DNA of 64,000 nucleotides from an uncultured Trueperaceae bacterium (GCA_963799485.1 CAWCXJ010000009.1:64001-128000), one strand, 5' to 3'. Positions 39,692 to 49,861 are shown, counted from the stretch's first letter. The notes: generated by a model from the sequence alone, not told the origin. A program made the numbers and translations.

Positions 39692-41002
39692 ATGTTCGAG
39701 AGTCTGGGAGACAGATTACAAGGGGTGTTCGACGGTTTGCGCGGGCGCGGACGCCTGACCGAAGCCGAAGTCAAGGTGGCGCTGCGCGAGGTGCGGGTCG
39801 CACTGTTAGAAGCTGACGTAAACCTCGAGGTCGCTAGAGAGTTCACCAAGCGCGTACAGGAAAAAGCGATCGGTTCCGATACGCTTCTGTCGCTGCAACC
39901 CGATCAGCGCGTCATTTCTATCGTCCACGACGAGCTTGTAGAAATTTTGGGCGGCAAGGCCGCGCAGCCGAGCCTCAAAAACGAGGCGAACGTCTGGCTG
40001 CTTTTAGGGCTTCAGGGCGCGGGAAAAACGACCACGGCGGGCAAACTCGCCTACAAATACAAGGCGCAGGGAAGACGCCCGCTACTCGTCGCCGCCGACA
40101 CCCAGCGCCCCGCCGCCCGTGAACAGCTCCGGGTTTTGGGCAATCAAATAGGCGTTCCGGTGTTAGAGGTTGAAGACAACGAAACCCCGGCCCGCACGAA
40201 GGCACGGTTGCAGGAATATCTGAAGGCGAACTACCGCGATTTGGTGATTGTCGATACGGCTGGACGTCTGCAAATCGACGAAGCCCTGATGGACGCCGTA
40301 GCCGACCTCAAAGCCGCCGTGGAACCGAACGAGACGATGCTGGTCATCGACTCGATGACCGGTCAGCAATCGTTGCCGGTCGCGCAAGCCTTCGACGCCC
40401 GCGTCGGGGTCTCAGGCCTGATTATGACCAAGCTCGACGGTGACGCGCGCGGGGGCGCAGCCCTGTCCGCCAAACACGTGACGGGCAAACCAATTTATTT
40501 TGCCGGGATGAGCGAGAAGATCGACGGCTTGGAACCCTTTTATCCCGACCGTGTCGCAGGCCGCATCCTCGGCATGGGCGACGTGATGACGCTTATCGAA
40601 AAAGCCAAGGTTCTCGAGGGCGACGACGATGACGCCCCCACCAGCCTCAAAGACTTTTCACTGCAAGACATGCTCACGCAGATGCGCAGAATCAAAAAGA
40701 TGGGGTCGTTCGGCGACATCTTGAAGATGGTTCCGGGTGCGAGCAAAATGCTGCCGCCGGGCGCTGAAATCGACGAGGGCGAAATCGGGCGGATCGAGGC
40801 CATTATCTCTTCGATGACCGACAAGGAGCGCCGTCAACCCAAACTCTTAAACGCCAACCGCCGTAAACGCATCGCCGCCGGGTCGGGAACTTCTGTTCAA
40901 GACGTAAACCGATTGATGAAAAACTACGAACAGATGAAAAAAATGATGAAACAGTTCGGTCGCCGCCCGCCGAAGCTACCGGGGCGGAGTCTAGGACGGT
41001 AG
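39692..41002 (+). CDS. ffh: Signal recognition particle protein
   Basis: [31 protein letters not shown] and the Met-rich M domain with RRKRIA.GSG. Confidence 0.98.
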   Translation: MFESLGDRLQGVFDGLRGRGRLTEAEVKVALREVRVALLEADVNLEVAREFTKRVQEKAIGSDTLLSLQPDQRVISIVHDELVEILGGKAAQPSLKNEANVWLLLGLQGAGKTTTAGKLAYKYKAQGRRPLLVAADTQRPAAREQLRVLGNQIGVPVLEVEDNETPARTKARLQEYLKANYRDLVIVDTAGRLQIDEALMDAVADLKAAVEPNETMLVIDSMTGQQSLPVAQAFDARVGVSGLIMTKLDGDARGGAALSAKHVTGKPIYFAGMSEKIDGLEPFYPDRVAGRILGMGDVMTLIEKAKVLEGDDDDAPTSLKDFSLQDMLTQMRRIKKMGSFGDILKMVPGASKMLPPGAEIDEGEIGRIEAIISSMTDKERRQPKLLNANRRKRIAAGSGTSVQDVNRLMKNYEQMKKMMKQFGRRPPKLPGRSLGR

Positions 41003-41044
41003 CGGGGTTTTAACTCGGCGTTTTGGAGTAGCTAAGCAAATCAT

Positions 41045-41425
41045 CTTCGGCTCATTGGGTTCGACCGGCGTGTCTCTAGGAGGCGACAGCGTCATGACTC
41101 TCGAGCCATTTGGTCACGGTGTTACGTGACGCCAGCGCCGCGGCTTTGCCGTCCAGCAAACGTGCGTGCCAGACCCCGCAGACTCGAGCGTTCTGCGTAA
41201 GCTCTAAGTATCTCTTATACGCCTCGCTGTAGCCGAAGTCTGGGTTTGCTAATCGCCTTACCGCACGCTCGATACCGACACTTCTGCCGTTAGGCGCTCT
41301 GCCGTTCCCGACAGGCTGTTCGCGCCCGCAGCGGACAGGCCCGGGAGGTGCCGTTTTGTCCAAGACAGCGGTGACATTCGGCCTCGACCATCCCTGAGCT
41401 TATCGGCTTGACCTGAACCATTCCC
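41045..41425 (-). mobile_element. IS1-family remnant, copy B (left end and insA only)
   Basis: Near-identical to 58135-58512; IR variant TGAACCATTCCC. Confidence 0.85.
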
Positions 41426-41543
41426 CTTTACTACCGACTCGAAGTCGGTAGTAATTGAGTACAACTTTAACGAGGGCAAAATTGTGCATTACACTGCTAC
41501 GCGGGACTTTCAGTGTATAAAACCTGTTGCCGGTCAACCCAAC

Positions 41544-42350
41544 CTACTCATCCGGAGCAGGACGCACAGGGAGCGCCTTACGGAGCGCCGCAATCTCTTC
41601 ACGTAACAGCGTCAACTCGTACGCGCCGGCAATCTCGCCCTCCCCGTCGGCGTCGCGTCCGACAAAAAAGCTCGCCAGCACCGCCGTGACATAGCCGAAA
41701 ATACCGAACGCGTAGAGCGACAAAAGGATGCAGAGAATGCGACCCTCGGCGGTCTGCGGCCAGTATTCCGAACCGAGCGTAAGCATAATCATCGCTGTCC
41801 ACCAGAGCGCCGAACCGTAAGAGGTAAGCCCTCCCACTACATCTTGCTCGAAGGCGTACATTCCCGCAGACCCGGCGAAGGTCACAATCAGCGTCAGCAA
41901 GGCGATGTAACCGGCCCCGCGGCGGCCCATCGTCGCCGACAACGCGCGCATCCCCCGGTTTAAGGAAGTCACCACGCGCACCAGTCTAAGCCCGCGCGCA
42001 GTCCGCGCCAAACGCAGCACCCGCACCGCGCGCGCAAGCCGAAAGACGCGCAGTGCCGGAATAAAAAGTGCCACGAGCGTCAGCAGATTACGCCGCAAAT
42101 AGCGGCGCTTGCGCGGAGCCAGCGTCAGCTTGAGGACGAAGTCGAGGATAAACACAATCCAGATGAGCGTGCCCAACGTTTCAAATAGCGAACTCGAGCC
42201 CCACACGAACTCGGCGATTAAGAGCGTCAGCCAGACGAAGCCGAGAACAACCATCGGCGTCTCGAGCCAATCTTCGACGCGGGCGAGCAGCTCGAGCCGC
42301 TCAGTCTCGAGGACTTCTACTTCTGCTACAGTCACAGGTTTTTCTTTCAT
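41544..42350 (-). CDS. 6-TM voltage-gated-like ion (K+) channel family protein
   Basis: Arg-rich S4 (LRVFRLARAVRVLRLAR) and pore region ALWWT..TLGSEYWP.T.EGR. Confidence 0.85.
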   Translation of the reverse strand: MKEKPVTVAEVEVLETERLELLARVEDWLETPMVVLGFVWLTLLIAEFVWGSSSLFETLGTLIWIVFILDFVLKLTLAPRKRRYLRRNLLTLVALFIPALRVFRLARAVRVLRLARTARGLRLVRVVTSLNRGMRALSATMGRRGAGYIALLTLIVTFAGSAGMYAFEQDVVGGLTSYGSALWWTAMIMLTLGSEYWPQTAEGRILCILLSLYAFGIFGYVTAVLASFFVGRDADGEGEIAGAYELTLLREEIAALRKALPVRPAPDE

Positions 42351-42579
42351 AAGTAATCTCCCCAAACGCCTGTTTTACGTCTATCCTAACGTCAGGCTTG
42401 GTCGGGGTCGCCCTAGCGTCCTGCTACCTTGACGCGCCGTTGCCTAACTCTCAAGTTGCCTAACCCTCAAGCTGTCGCGGATGCACATACCCGTCGTCCG
42501 CGCAAACTCTCGCCTGAGGTTGTTCGCGCTCCCGTCGGTTTCACACAACTTCACGGGTCGTTAAAGGTGTCAAAGAAGC

Positions 42580-42612
42580 AAAAAGGAAGCCCCGCACGCG
42601 TCGGGGCTCTTC
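42580..42612 (-). terminator. Intrinsic terminator on the minus strand
   Basis: agccccg-loop-cggggct stem followed by an oligo-T run on the minus strand. Confidence 0.55.
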
Positions 42613-42730
42613 TCGTGTATGTGGTTTGTAGTGATTTCGACCAGAACGCCGAGCGAATCGGCAAGTCCTCGTAACCGTGGACGCATTAAGCGGGCAAATA
42701 GTACTCGGTCGGTGACCGGAGACGCCGGTC

Positions 42731-42757
42731 AAAAAAAGCGGGCCGCAAGGCCCGTTG
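42731..42757 (-). terminator. dps terminator
   Basis: cgggcc-ttgc-ggcccg stem followed by T7 on the minus strand. Confidence 0.75.
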
Positions 42758-42773
42758 CTGATCGGCTTGGGGT

Positions 42774-43292
42774 CTACTTGCCGCTTTGCAAGTGCGCCTC
42801 GAGGAAGTAGAGCGCTTCGTCGATTTCGCGCGAGAGCTCGGTAAAAAGGTCTTCAGTCGACGGCTCGCCGAGTTCTTGGCAGCGGCGGATGGCGGCGCGG
42901 GTCGAGGCGGCGTAAGCAGCCCAGCGTTCGACCATCACATCGACAACTTCGCGCCCTTCTACCGTGGCGACCGGGTATTCGGGCAGGGTCGAGTTTTGCG
43001 CGGCCATACGGACGGTACCGAGCGCCATCCCGCCCATCGCGGTTGCGCGTTCGGCGATCATGTCAGACTGCTTGCGGGGGATTTTGGCGAGGGTATCGAA
43101 CAATTCGTGCAACTGGAAAAAATCCAGGCCCTTGACGTTCCAGTGCGACTGTTTGGTCTGGGTAAAAAGGTCGGTCGCGTCGGCGAGTTGCTGGTTCAGT
43201 ACGTCGATTAGCTCGTTGCGAACATCGGCTTCGATATCGATGCGGGTATCAAAGGTCATCACTTTTGCGTTGGTTTTTGCATTGGTAGTCAC
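42774..43292 (-). CDS. dps: DNA starvation/stationary phase protection protein
   Basis: KQSHWNVKG..F..LHELFD, D.IAERA..GG and FLEAH motifs. GGAGG RBS before GTG 43292. Confidence 0.95.
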   Translation of the reverse strand: MTTNAKTNAKVMTFDTRIDIEADVRNELIDVLNQQLADATDLFTQTKQSHWNVKGLDFFQLHELFDTLAKIPRKQSDMIAERATAMGGMALGTVRMAAQNSTLPEYPVATVEGREVVDVMVERWAAYAASTRAAIRRCQELGEPSTEDLFTELSREIDEALYFLEAHLQSGK

Positions 43293-43377
43293 GTTAAAAC
43301 CTCCAAACAACAGTCTAACGCCCTTACCCGACCACATTTAGTTTTAGCTTACATATTCGGAATGATTCCGATTTAGT

Positions 43378-43698
43378 TCAACCATCCAGCTCTACGCCGC
43401 GCCCTTTGGCCTTACGAATTGCGTAGACCATCCCGACGAGCTGAAGCTGAATCGCCTCGGACATGTGCGTCAATTCCTCGGTAGAGTAAACCTGCACGAG
43501 CTGATGCTCCAGGCGTTTGACCTCGCCGGCAGCGTAGTAATAAGGAGCCGTACCGCAAAGCTCGCGGTATGACGGCAGCAGGCCGCGCAGCTGCTCGAGC
43601 GCCTGCACCGCTACACGCTGTTCGGTTTGCTCCCGGTCAGGGCTATCTTTTCGGTTACAAACGCACTCCAAATTGTTTGCGCGGTTACCGGTACTCAT
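43378..43698 (-). CDS. Hypothetical helical protein
   Basis: 106-aa ORF with TACTAT 5 nt before the ATG. Confidence 0.5.
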   Translation of the reverse strand: MSTGNRANNLECVCNRKDSPDREQTEQRVAVQALEQLRGLLPSYRELCGTAPYYYAAGEVKRLEHQLVQVYSTEELTHMSEAIQLQLVGMVYAIRKAKGRGVELDG

Positions 43699-43875
43699 AG
43701 CTCATAGTAGCGGAAAAAATCGATGAGAAGCTAGGCGCAGATATATGCGGGGGTGCGTATGTCTGTACTGTGTTTACCTGACAAAAATCATCTAGACGCC
43801 CTTCTTGTCCGCGCGTTTTGGTAGTGCATTTTTGCATCCGTTTGTTGCAAAAACGAGCTTGACCGAGAGCGGCTC

Positions 43876-44658
43876 CTAAACACCGACGCCTAGCAGGTTC
43901 TGCTCGAGCCAGTCGGCAACGCCGTTTTCTTCGGGTTCGGCGATATGTTCATCCGACGCGGTCAGCACCTCCGGGTGCGCGCGCCCGACTGCTACCGCCC
44001 GGCCCGCCCACTTCATCATCTCGACGTCGTTTACGCCGTCGCCAAACGCAATCGTATCGGCTTGCGGGACGCCCAGCTCGAGGCTGATACGTGCGAGCGC
44101 CGTGCCCTTGTCGGCCCCTTCGCCGGTAATCTCGAAAAACCCGTCGGACCAGTAATAAGTCATCAGCTTCGGATAGTCGCGGCCCAGTTCCGCGACCATC
44201 TGCGGGCCTTGGTCGTCCGCGCCGAAGACCACCTTGTCGGCGTCGGTGACCGCTTCGGAATCGAAGGTCAAGACGTTGCGGTTGAGGGTGTGCGCCCAAC
44301 CCCAGCGCGGGTCGTGCGGGTCGTGAACGAAAATATCGTCGTCCAGCATAAAGGCGTACTCGAGGCCGCGCCCTATCCCATACGTCTCGATCAGCCCCAG
44401 CGCGTCGGCAGCAGGAATGAGCGAGCGGCTTAAAAGTTCGCCGTCCGCGCCGATAACGACCGCGCCGTGGTTGACCGCGTAGGGGCCGCTAACGCCGAGC
44501 TGCTCGACGAACGGGAGCGCCGAGGCGTTGGGGCGACCCGTCAGTACCGCAACGAAGTGCCCGGCAGCTTTCGCCGCTGTGATTGCCGTTAAGATGCGGG
44601 GCGGAACCTCGTTACCCCGCGTCACTACTGTATTGTCTAGATCAAAAGCCAGTAACAT
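43876..44658 (-). CDS. Cof-type HAD-IIB hydrolase
   Basis: FDLDNT, TGR, DKGTAL and FGDGVND.EM motifs. Confidence 0.93.
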   Translation of the reverse strand: MLLAFDLDNTVVTRGNEVPPRILTAITAAKAAGHFVAVLTGRPNASALPFVEQLGVSGPYAVNHGAVVIGADGELLSRSLIPAADALGLIETYGIGRGLEYAFMLDDDIFVHDPHDPRWGWAHTLNRNVLTFDSEAVTDADKVVFGADDQGPQMVAELGRDYPKLMTYYWSDGFFEITGEGADKGTALARISLELGVPQADTIAFGDGVNDVEMMKWAGRAVAVGRAHPEVLTASDEHIAEPEENGVADWLEQNLLGVGV

Positions 44659-44751
44659 GCTCTTAGCCTACTCTGTGAACGTCAGGAAATGTGTGCCGAC
44701 GGTGTTTACGGCAAAAAGCGTATGACAAGAGCAGGCCGGGCGTTTTACGGG

Positions 44752-46260
44752 TCAGGGTGTAGGTATATCGAGCTTGATCTCCTCTACCTTGCCGAAGTCG
44801 GAGAGCGGCCGGTCAAACTGCGTTTCGTCGCCGACAACCATCAGCAGCATGTCTTCGGGCCGGAAGTCTCGGCGGGCGACCGCCTGCACCTTCGCCGGCG
44901 TCATCGCCCGGACATCTTGAATATAGCGTTCAAAGTAGTCGGCAGGCAGGTCTAGAATCTCGACGGCGCGCGCGGTGCGCTGCACGATGGCGTCCGGTGA
45001 GGTGAAGCGGAACACCGCGCCGTTTAGGATGTTGCTCTTTTGCACCTCGAGTTCAGCCTTGCTGACCGGCTCAGCCGCCATCTGTTGCATCTCTTGTTTG
45101 AGGAGCGCAATCACCTGACCGGTCGCGTCGGTGCGGGTAATGGCGAACGCTAAAAACGTACCGGGAAACATAAACCCCTGGTTGAGCTGGCTGCCCGTCG
45201 AGTACGCCAGACCGCGTTTGGTGCGGATTTCGGTAAACAGCCGGCTGCTAAACCCGCCGCCGCCCAGTACCGCGTTCGCCACGTCTAACGCGTTGTATTC
45301 GGGCGTGTAGGCGTAGACGCTCGGATGGCCCATGATGACGATGCTCTGCCCGACGTCTTTTTGGGCGTGATAAATCTGCGGGGCCGGGTCGGGGTTGTAG
45401 GGCGGCAGTTTGGGATAGTTTACCGGGGCGCGTTGCCAGGAGCCGAGAGTCTGCTCGAGCGTCCTCAGCATTTCAGCCCGGTTGAAGTCGCCGCTGACGG
45501 CTAAGACCGTTTCGTTGGGTTTGAAATAGCGCTGGTGAAACGCTACCATGTCGGCGCGCGACACGGCGTTTACGGTCTCGGCAGTCGGTACATAACCCGC
45601 CGGATGACCTTGTGCGAGGCGTTTGTAAAACTCGCGCACCGCAATCCCGACCGGGTCGTCGTTTTGCCGGCGGATGGCCTCGAGCGCCTGTCCCTTGGCG
45701 AGCTGAATGCGCGCCGGTGCAAACGTGGGTTTTTCCAGAACCCCGGCAAAGATACCCAAGACTTCCTGAACGTTTTCGGTGAGCGCCGAAAAACTCGCCG
45801 TCGTGTAGAGGTCGGCAGCCGAGACTTCAACCGAGGCGGCAAGGTTTTCCAGGCGTTCGTCGATCTCGTCTGCCGTGCGCCCCGCCGAACCGCCCGAACG
45901 CATCAGCTCGGCGGTCAGTGAGGCAAGTGACACTTTGGCCTTGGGGTCGTAGAGACTCCCGGTTTTGACGAACGCAGCTCCGTTGACCAGCGGCAGCGAA
46001 TGGTCTTCCAAAAGGTACACGACCAGCCCGTTGGAAAGCACGGCGCGCTCCGGTTTGGGGGTGTTGAAGGTTACGGGGTCGAACCTGAGCTTAGCCGGGT
46101 CGGGCCAGCTTTCGGGGACGCCGGTGTTGGGGTCGAGTTTGGGTTGAGCCGCAGTTTGGGGGGCAGGTCTTTGCGCTGTCGGCGTCGTTTCCTGCGCCGA
46201 CGTAGCGGCAAGCAGGAGCAAGGCTAAGAGCGTAAACGTAAAGCGCCGAATCAAAGCCAT
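44752..46260 (-). CDS. M16 peptidase, non-catalytic subunit (exported)
   Basis: LSNGL.V.L.ED..LP and SRLF.EIR.KRGLAY; lacks HxxEH. Confidence 0.88.
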   Translation of the reverse strand: MALIRRFTFTLLALLLLAATSAQETTPTAQRPAPQTAAQPKLDPNTGVPESWPDPAKLRFDPVTFNTPKPERAVLSNGLVVYLLEDHSLPLVNGAAFVKTGSLYDPKAKVSLASLTAELMRSGGSAGRTADEIDERLENLAASVEVSAADLYTTASFSALTENVQEVLGIFAGVLEKPTFAPARIQLAKGQALEAIRRQNDDPVGIAVREFYKRLAQGHPAGYVPTAETVNAVSRADMVAFHQRYFKPNETVLAVSGDFNRAEMLRTLEQTLGSWQRAPVNYPKLPPYNPDPAPQIYHAQKDVGQSIVIMGHPSVYAYTPEYNALDVANAVLGGGGFSSRLFTEIRTKRGLAYSTGSQLNQGFMFPGTFLAFAITRTDATGQVIALLKQEMQQMAAEPVSKAELEVQKSNILNGAVFRFTSPDAIVQRTARAVEILDLPADYFERYIQDVRAMTPAKVQAVARRDFRPEDMLLMVVGDETQFDRPLSDFGKVEEIKLDIPTP

Positions 46261-47792
46261 TATTGTCCCCCCGATGAGGTTGTCTGACCCGCTTGCGTTG
46301 GGTCGGAGTTTGCGGCAGCCTTGGTAACGAGCGTCGCTACCGTGCGGTTTTCCTTGGTAAAGGTGCGCTCGGCGGCGTCCTTGATTTCAGCCGCCGTTAC
46401 GGTGTCGTAGGTGTCCAAGTCGTCGAAAAGTTTTTGCCAGCCGCCGGCGAAGAGTTCGTTGTAGGCCAGGTTCGCTGCCAGACTCTGCCCCGAAGCGAAA
46501 CTCCGCACCACGTCGGCGCGCAGGAGCGTTTTGGCACGTTTTAACTCGGCGTCGGTCACACCCGACTCGGCAACTTTGGCGAGTTCGGCGTAGAGGGCAG
46601 TCTCGAGGTCTTCTGTCGTATTCGGCGCTCTGGGCGTAAGGTCTACCGTAAACAGGTTGGGGTAACGCGTACCGGGCGTGGTGGCGCTCGTTCCGACGTT
46701 TACGGCGAGCCGCTGCTTTGTTACGAGTTCGCGGTAGAGTCTGCCGGTGCGCCCGCGCCCCAGAACGTAGTCGAGTACGTCTAACACGTAGGCGTCGCGG
46801 TTCGGGTAGGTCGGTTTGTGATAGCCCACGATGAGCTGCGGTTCGGCGGCGTAAGGAACGGAAATGCGGCGCTCAGAAGTTTGTTCGGGTTCGGCGGGCA
46901 GCTCGGCGCGCACGACCGGTCCTTTGGGTACGAAGTCGAAATACTTGCGGATAACCTTGATATCGCGCTCGGGCGCGAGGTCGCCGACCAGCACCAGTAC
47001 GGCCCGGTTCGGATAGTAAAAAACGTCGAAGATGCTTTTGGCAGCGGTGGCGGTGTAGTTGGCAATCTCTTCGGCAGACCCGATGAGCGGGCGACCGTAA
47101 AGGCTTTTTTGAAACGCCTCGGCGAGAAACGCTTCGGTGAGTACCCCGTCGGGCGAATCTTCCGAGCGGGTGCGGCGCTCCTCACGCACCACGTCGCGCT
47201 CTTCGTAAAAAGACCGGAACACAGGGTTGGTCAAGACGTCGGCGTAAACGCGGGCGTAGAGCTCGAGCCGGTTCGCCGGCAGCGACACCACATACGAGGT
47301 GCGGTCATACGCGGTCGAGGCGTTGAGTCCTTGCGCGCCGTTGTCGGTAAAAAGCGCGTCGAGCGCGTTTGGGCTGGCGAGGGCTTGCGCCGCCGCCTGC
47401 GCCTCGGCGAAGTCCTGCTCAAAACTCGCCAGCGCTTCCCCGGTTGCGCCCGCGTCACGGGCGACGACGAGGGCGTTGGCAGCCAGCTCGAGCTTGTCCA
47501 GCGCCGCCTGTTCAGCGTCAACATCATAAGAGCCTATCGAACGCGTTCCCTTAAATGCCATATGTTCGACCATGTGCGCGACGCCGCCGAGACCGGGCGG
47601 TTCGTCGACGCCGCCGACGTTAAAGGTCAAATTAAAGTCGATAACCGGCGCAAAACCCTGCACCACCATAATGACGCGCATTCCGTTGGAGAGCGTGTAT
47701 TTGCGAACGTTTTGAATCAGCTCGCTTTGGGCGTGCGCCAGACTCAAACTCAGCAGCGCAGCAAAAAATAGAGGTCGGTAATAGGCTTTCAT
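46260..47792 (-). CDS. M16 zinc peptidase, catalytic subunit (exported)
   Basis: AHMVEHMAFKGT (HxxEH), NAST..D.T.Y and ERDVV.EER. Confidence 0.92.
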   Translation of the reverse strand: MKAYYRPLFFAALLSLSLAHAQSELIQNVRKYTLSNGMRVIMVVQGFAPVIDFNLTFNVGGVDEPPGLGGVAHMVEHMAFKGTRSIGSYDVDAEQAALDKLELAANALVVARDAGATGEALASFEQDFAEAQAAAQALASPNALDALFTDNGAQGLNASTAYDRTSYVVSLPANRLELYARVYADVLTNPVFRSFYEERDVVREERRTRSEDSPDGVLTEAFLAEAFQKSLYGRPLIGSAEEIANYTATAAKSIFDVFYYPNRAVLVLVGDLAPERDIKVIRKYFDFVPKGPVVRAELPAEPEQTSERRISVPYAAEPQLIVGYHKPTYPNRDAYVLDVLDYVLGRGRTGRLYRELVTKQRLAVNVGTSATTPGTRYPNLFTVDLTPRAPNTTEDLETALYAELAKVAESGVTDAELKRAKTLLRADVVRSFASGQSLAANLAYNELFAGGWQKLFDDLDTYDTVTAAEIKDAAERTFTKENRTVATLVTKAAANSDPTQAGQTTSSGGQ

Positions 47793-47981
47793 CCGTCTAC
47801 CTGAAATGTTCTTGTCATAGCGTCTATTCTAGCTTTGGCAAGTAGGTGGGCATGTGAGTATTCAGGGCGTTTTGCAGGTCTTTTCAGCTCGAGCAATCCT
47901 ACCGCCGTGCCGCAGACTATAACGGCGTGCCGCGAGCTCCAGTTTGGTAGTACAGGTAGCTGACGCTTGGGAGCGCCAAGA

Positions 47982-48662
47982 CTACACGTCCAGCAATTCA
48001 CGGAGCGCAAGGATAGCCTTGCTGCGGTCGTTGATCCCAATTTTTGCATAGATGCTGCTGGTATAGTTTTTAACTGTTCCCACCGACAAAGCGGTTTTGT
48101 CACCGATTTCTCGAGCGTCCAGACCCAGGGCAATATACCGCGCGACCTCCCTCTCTCGTTCCGTAAACCCCAAAAGCGGCTGATGCGGCAAGGGGCGCTG
48201 ATTCGTCTGCCGGATACTACTCGCCAACTTTGCGGCGACACGCCCGGTCAACAGCAAGTTGCCGGAAAGTGCTTCGTAGACCGCTTCGATAAGCCGTTTG
48301 CTGCCGATGTCTTTCAGGAGATATCCCGACGCACCGAAATAGAGCGCGTCGATGATAAAGTCATCGTCGTCGAAAGTCGTGAGGATGAGGATAGTCAATT
48401 GTGGGAAGAGCGCTTTAAGCTGCCGGGTGGCCTGAACACCCCCCATACCGGGCATACGAATATCCATCAGCACGACATCGGGAAAGGCTGGTAAGGCAGC
48501 CTCTGCGTTTGCCGTGGCCTCCTGCTGCGCTGCAAGGAGTTTTACGGCGGCTTCACCGGAGTCGGCGGTCAAAACGACGGAGAAGTCCTCATGGGTACTG
48601 AGCAGCGCCTTTAATCCCGCAATCATGGCGGGTTGGTCGTCAACCAGCATGAGTTTAATCAT
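47982..48662 (-). CDS. NarL/LuxR family response regulator
   Basis: LVDDQ, LMDIRMPGM.G, LTTFDDD, GYLLKD and T.RE.EV...GTVKNY. Confidence 0.93.
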   Translation of the reverse strand: MIKLMLVDDQPAMIAGLKALLSTHEDFSVVLTADSGEAAVKLLAAQQEATANAEAALPAFPDVVLMDIRMPGMGGVQATRQLKALFPQLTILILTTFDDDDFIIDALYFGASGYLLKDIGSKRLIEAVYEALSGNLLLTGRVAAKLASSIRQTNQRPLPHQPLLGFTEREREVARYIALGLDAREIGDKTALSVGTVKNYTSSIYAKIGINDRSKAILALRELLDV

Positions 48663-48700
48663 CGTCCGCCTTCTCCTGCGTCGCTTTGGAATGCGTTCAC

Positions 48701-49861
48701 CTATTGCCCCAACATCAGGGGCAGCACAACGTCAATCTGAAAGCCTCCTTGCACGTGCGTCTCTACCATCAGGGTTCCGCCAAGGGCACTGACTTTCTGC
48801 TTCAGATGGATGAGTCCAAAACCGGGCACAGGCGCAGGTGTACCCACACCGTTATCGCACACGGTCAAGGCGATACATTGCTGTGCTGTTTCCTCCAGGG
48901 TGATCTGGATGTGGGTCGCCCGGGCGTGTTTGAGCGCGTTCGTAATGCCTTCCCGGACAACGCTGTACAGCACATAGGCTTGAATAGGCAGTAGCTCCGC
49001 CGTAAACCGCTGCTGCAGCTCGAGGTTCACGGGCGTTTGTCTACGCACCCGTTCCACCAACTGCACCAAGCTCTCCTGCAAGGTCGTGTCATCAGCGAGC
49101 GTGTCGGTACGGAGCGTGCGAACGGTCTGCCGGATGTCGCCGAGCCCGGTTTGAAGTTGCCCACGAACCGTGTCTAAAAGAGCAGCAGCTTCCGTCGGCC
49201 TGTGGTGCAGTAAAACCGTCGCCCCTTCCAGCGAGACGATAGACGCAGTTAATGTGTGACCGACTGTATCGTGTACCGCTTCAGCGAGGCTGTTGCGTTC
49301 GCGCAACCGGGTCATTTCGGTTGCTAGGGCAGCTTGGGACTCTAGGCGTGCGTTGAGAGTCATGATCTGCTGACGTTGCCTGATAAGCAAGCGAATGCCG
49401 AAGAGAGAAAGGGGAACAACCGAAAAATTGATGAAGCTGAGAAGATAGGTGCTCACTCCGAACGCTTGATTGTCTATAAACATCAGGTAATGAAGATAGC
49501 CTATGAAGACAAAGGGAAAGGCAAAATAAGCAGGATAGTTCAGCATCACGGTAGCGGTGTAGATCAAAAATAAAGTAGATGACCCTTCGCTGCCCACGCT
49601 GCAACTCAGTACCATCAAAAGAAAAAACTCTACCAGCAAAAAGAGATAAGAGAGATACGTAGCCCACTTCGCTCGAGCGGGCACCCTTTGACCGCTGATT
49701 TGGCTACTGAAACGTAGAGCAATTAGAGCTGCAGATAAGGCCGCCACCGTAACCGACAAGCCAAGCCTGAACGAGAGGCTGAGTAACGCTACACCGTAGA
49801 TGATATTGAGCCACTGATTGACGGTGACCGTAGATGCGCCCGTCAACGTCAGGGGACGCAT
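48701..49861 (-). CDS. HisKA_3-type membrane sensor kinase (start uncertain)
   Basis: About 5 TMs, ER..LA..VHDTVGH.LT, EGITNALKH, DNGVG and GFGL. Confidence 0.9.
   Translation of the reverse strand: MRPLTLTGASTVTVNQWLNIIYGVALLSLSFRLGLSVTVAALSAALIALRFSSQISGQRVPARAKWATYLSYLFLLVEFFLLMVLSCSVGSEGSSTLFLIYTATVMLNYPAYFAFPFVFIGYLHYLMFIDNQAFGVSTYLLSFINFSVVPLSLFGIRLLIRQRQQIMTLNARLESQAALATEMTRLRERNSLAEAVHDTVGHTLTASIVSLEGATVLLHHRPTEAAALLDTVRGQLQTGLGDIRQTVRTLRTDTLADDTTLQESLVQLVERVRRQTPVNLELQQRFTAELLPIQAYVLYSVVREGITNALKHARATHIQITLEETAQQCIALTVCDNGVGTPAPVPGFGLIHLKQKVSALGGTLMVETHVQGGFQIDVVLPLMLGQ

Noticed and set aside
39600..41100. SRP RNA, tRNA or rRNA near ffh or elsewhere
   Set aside because: I recognised no SRP loop or tRNA cloverleaf by eye; a covariance-model scan would be needed to exclude them.
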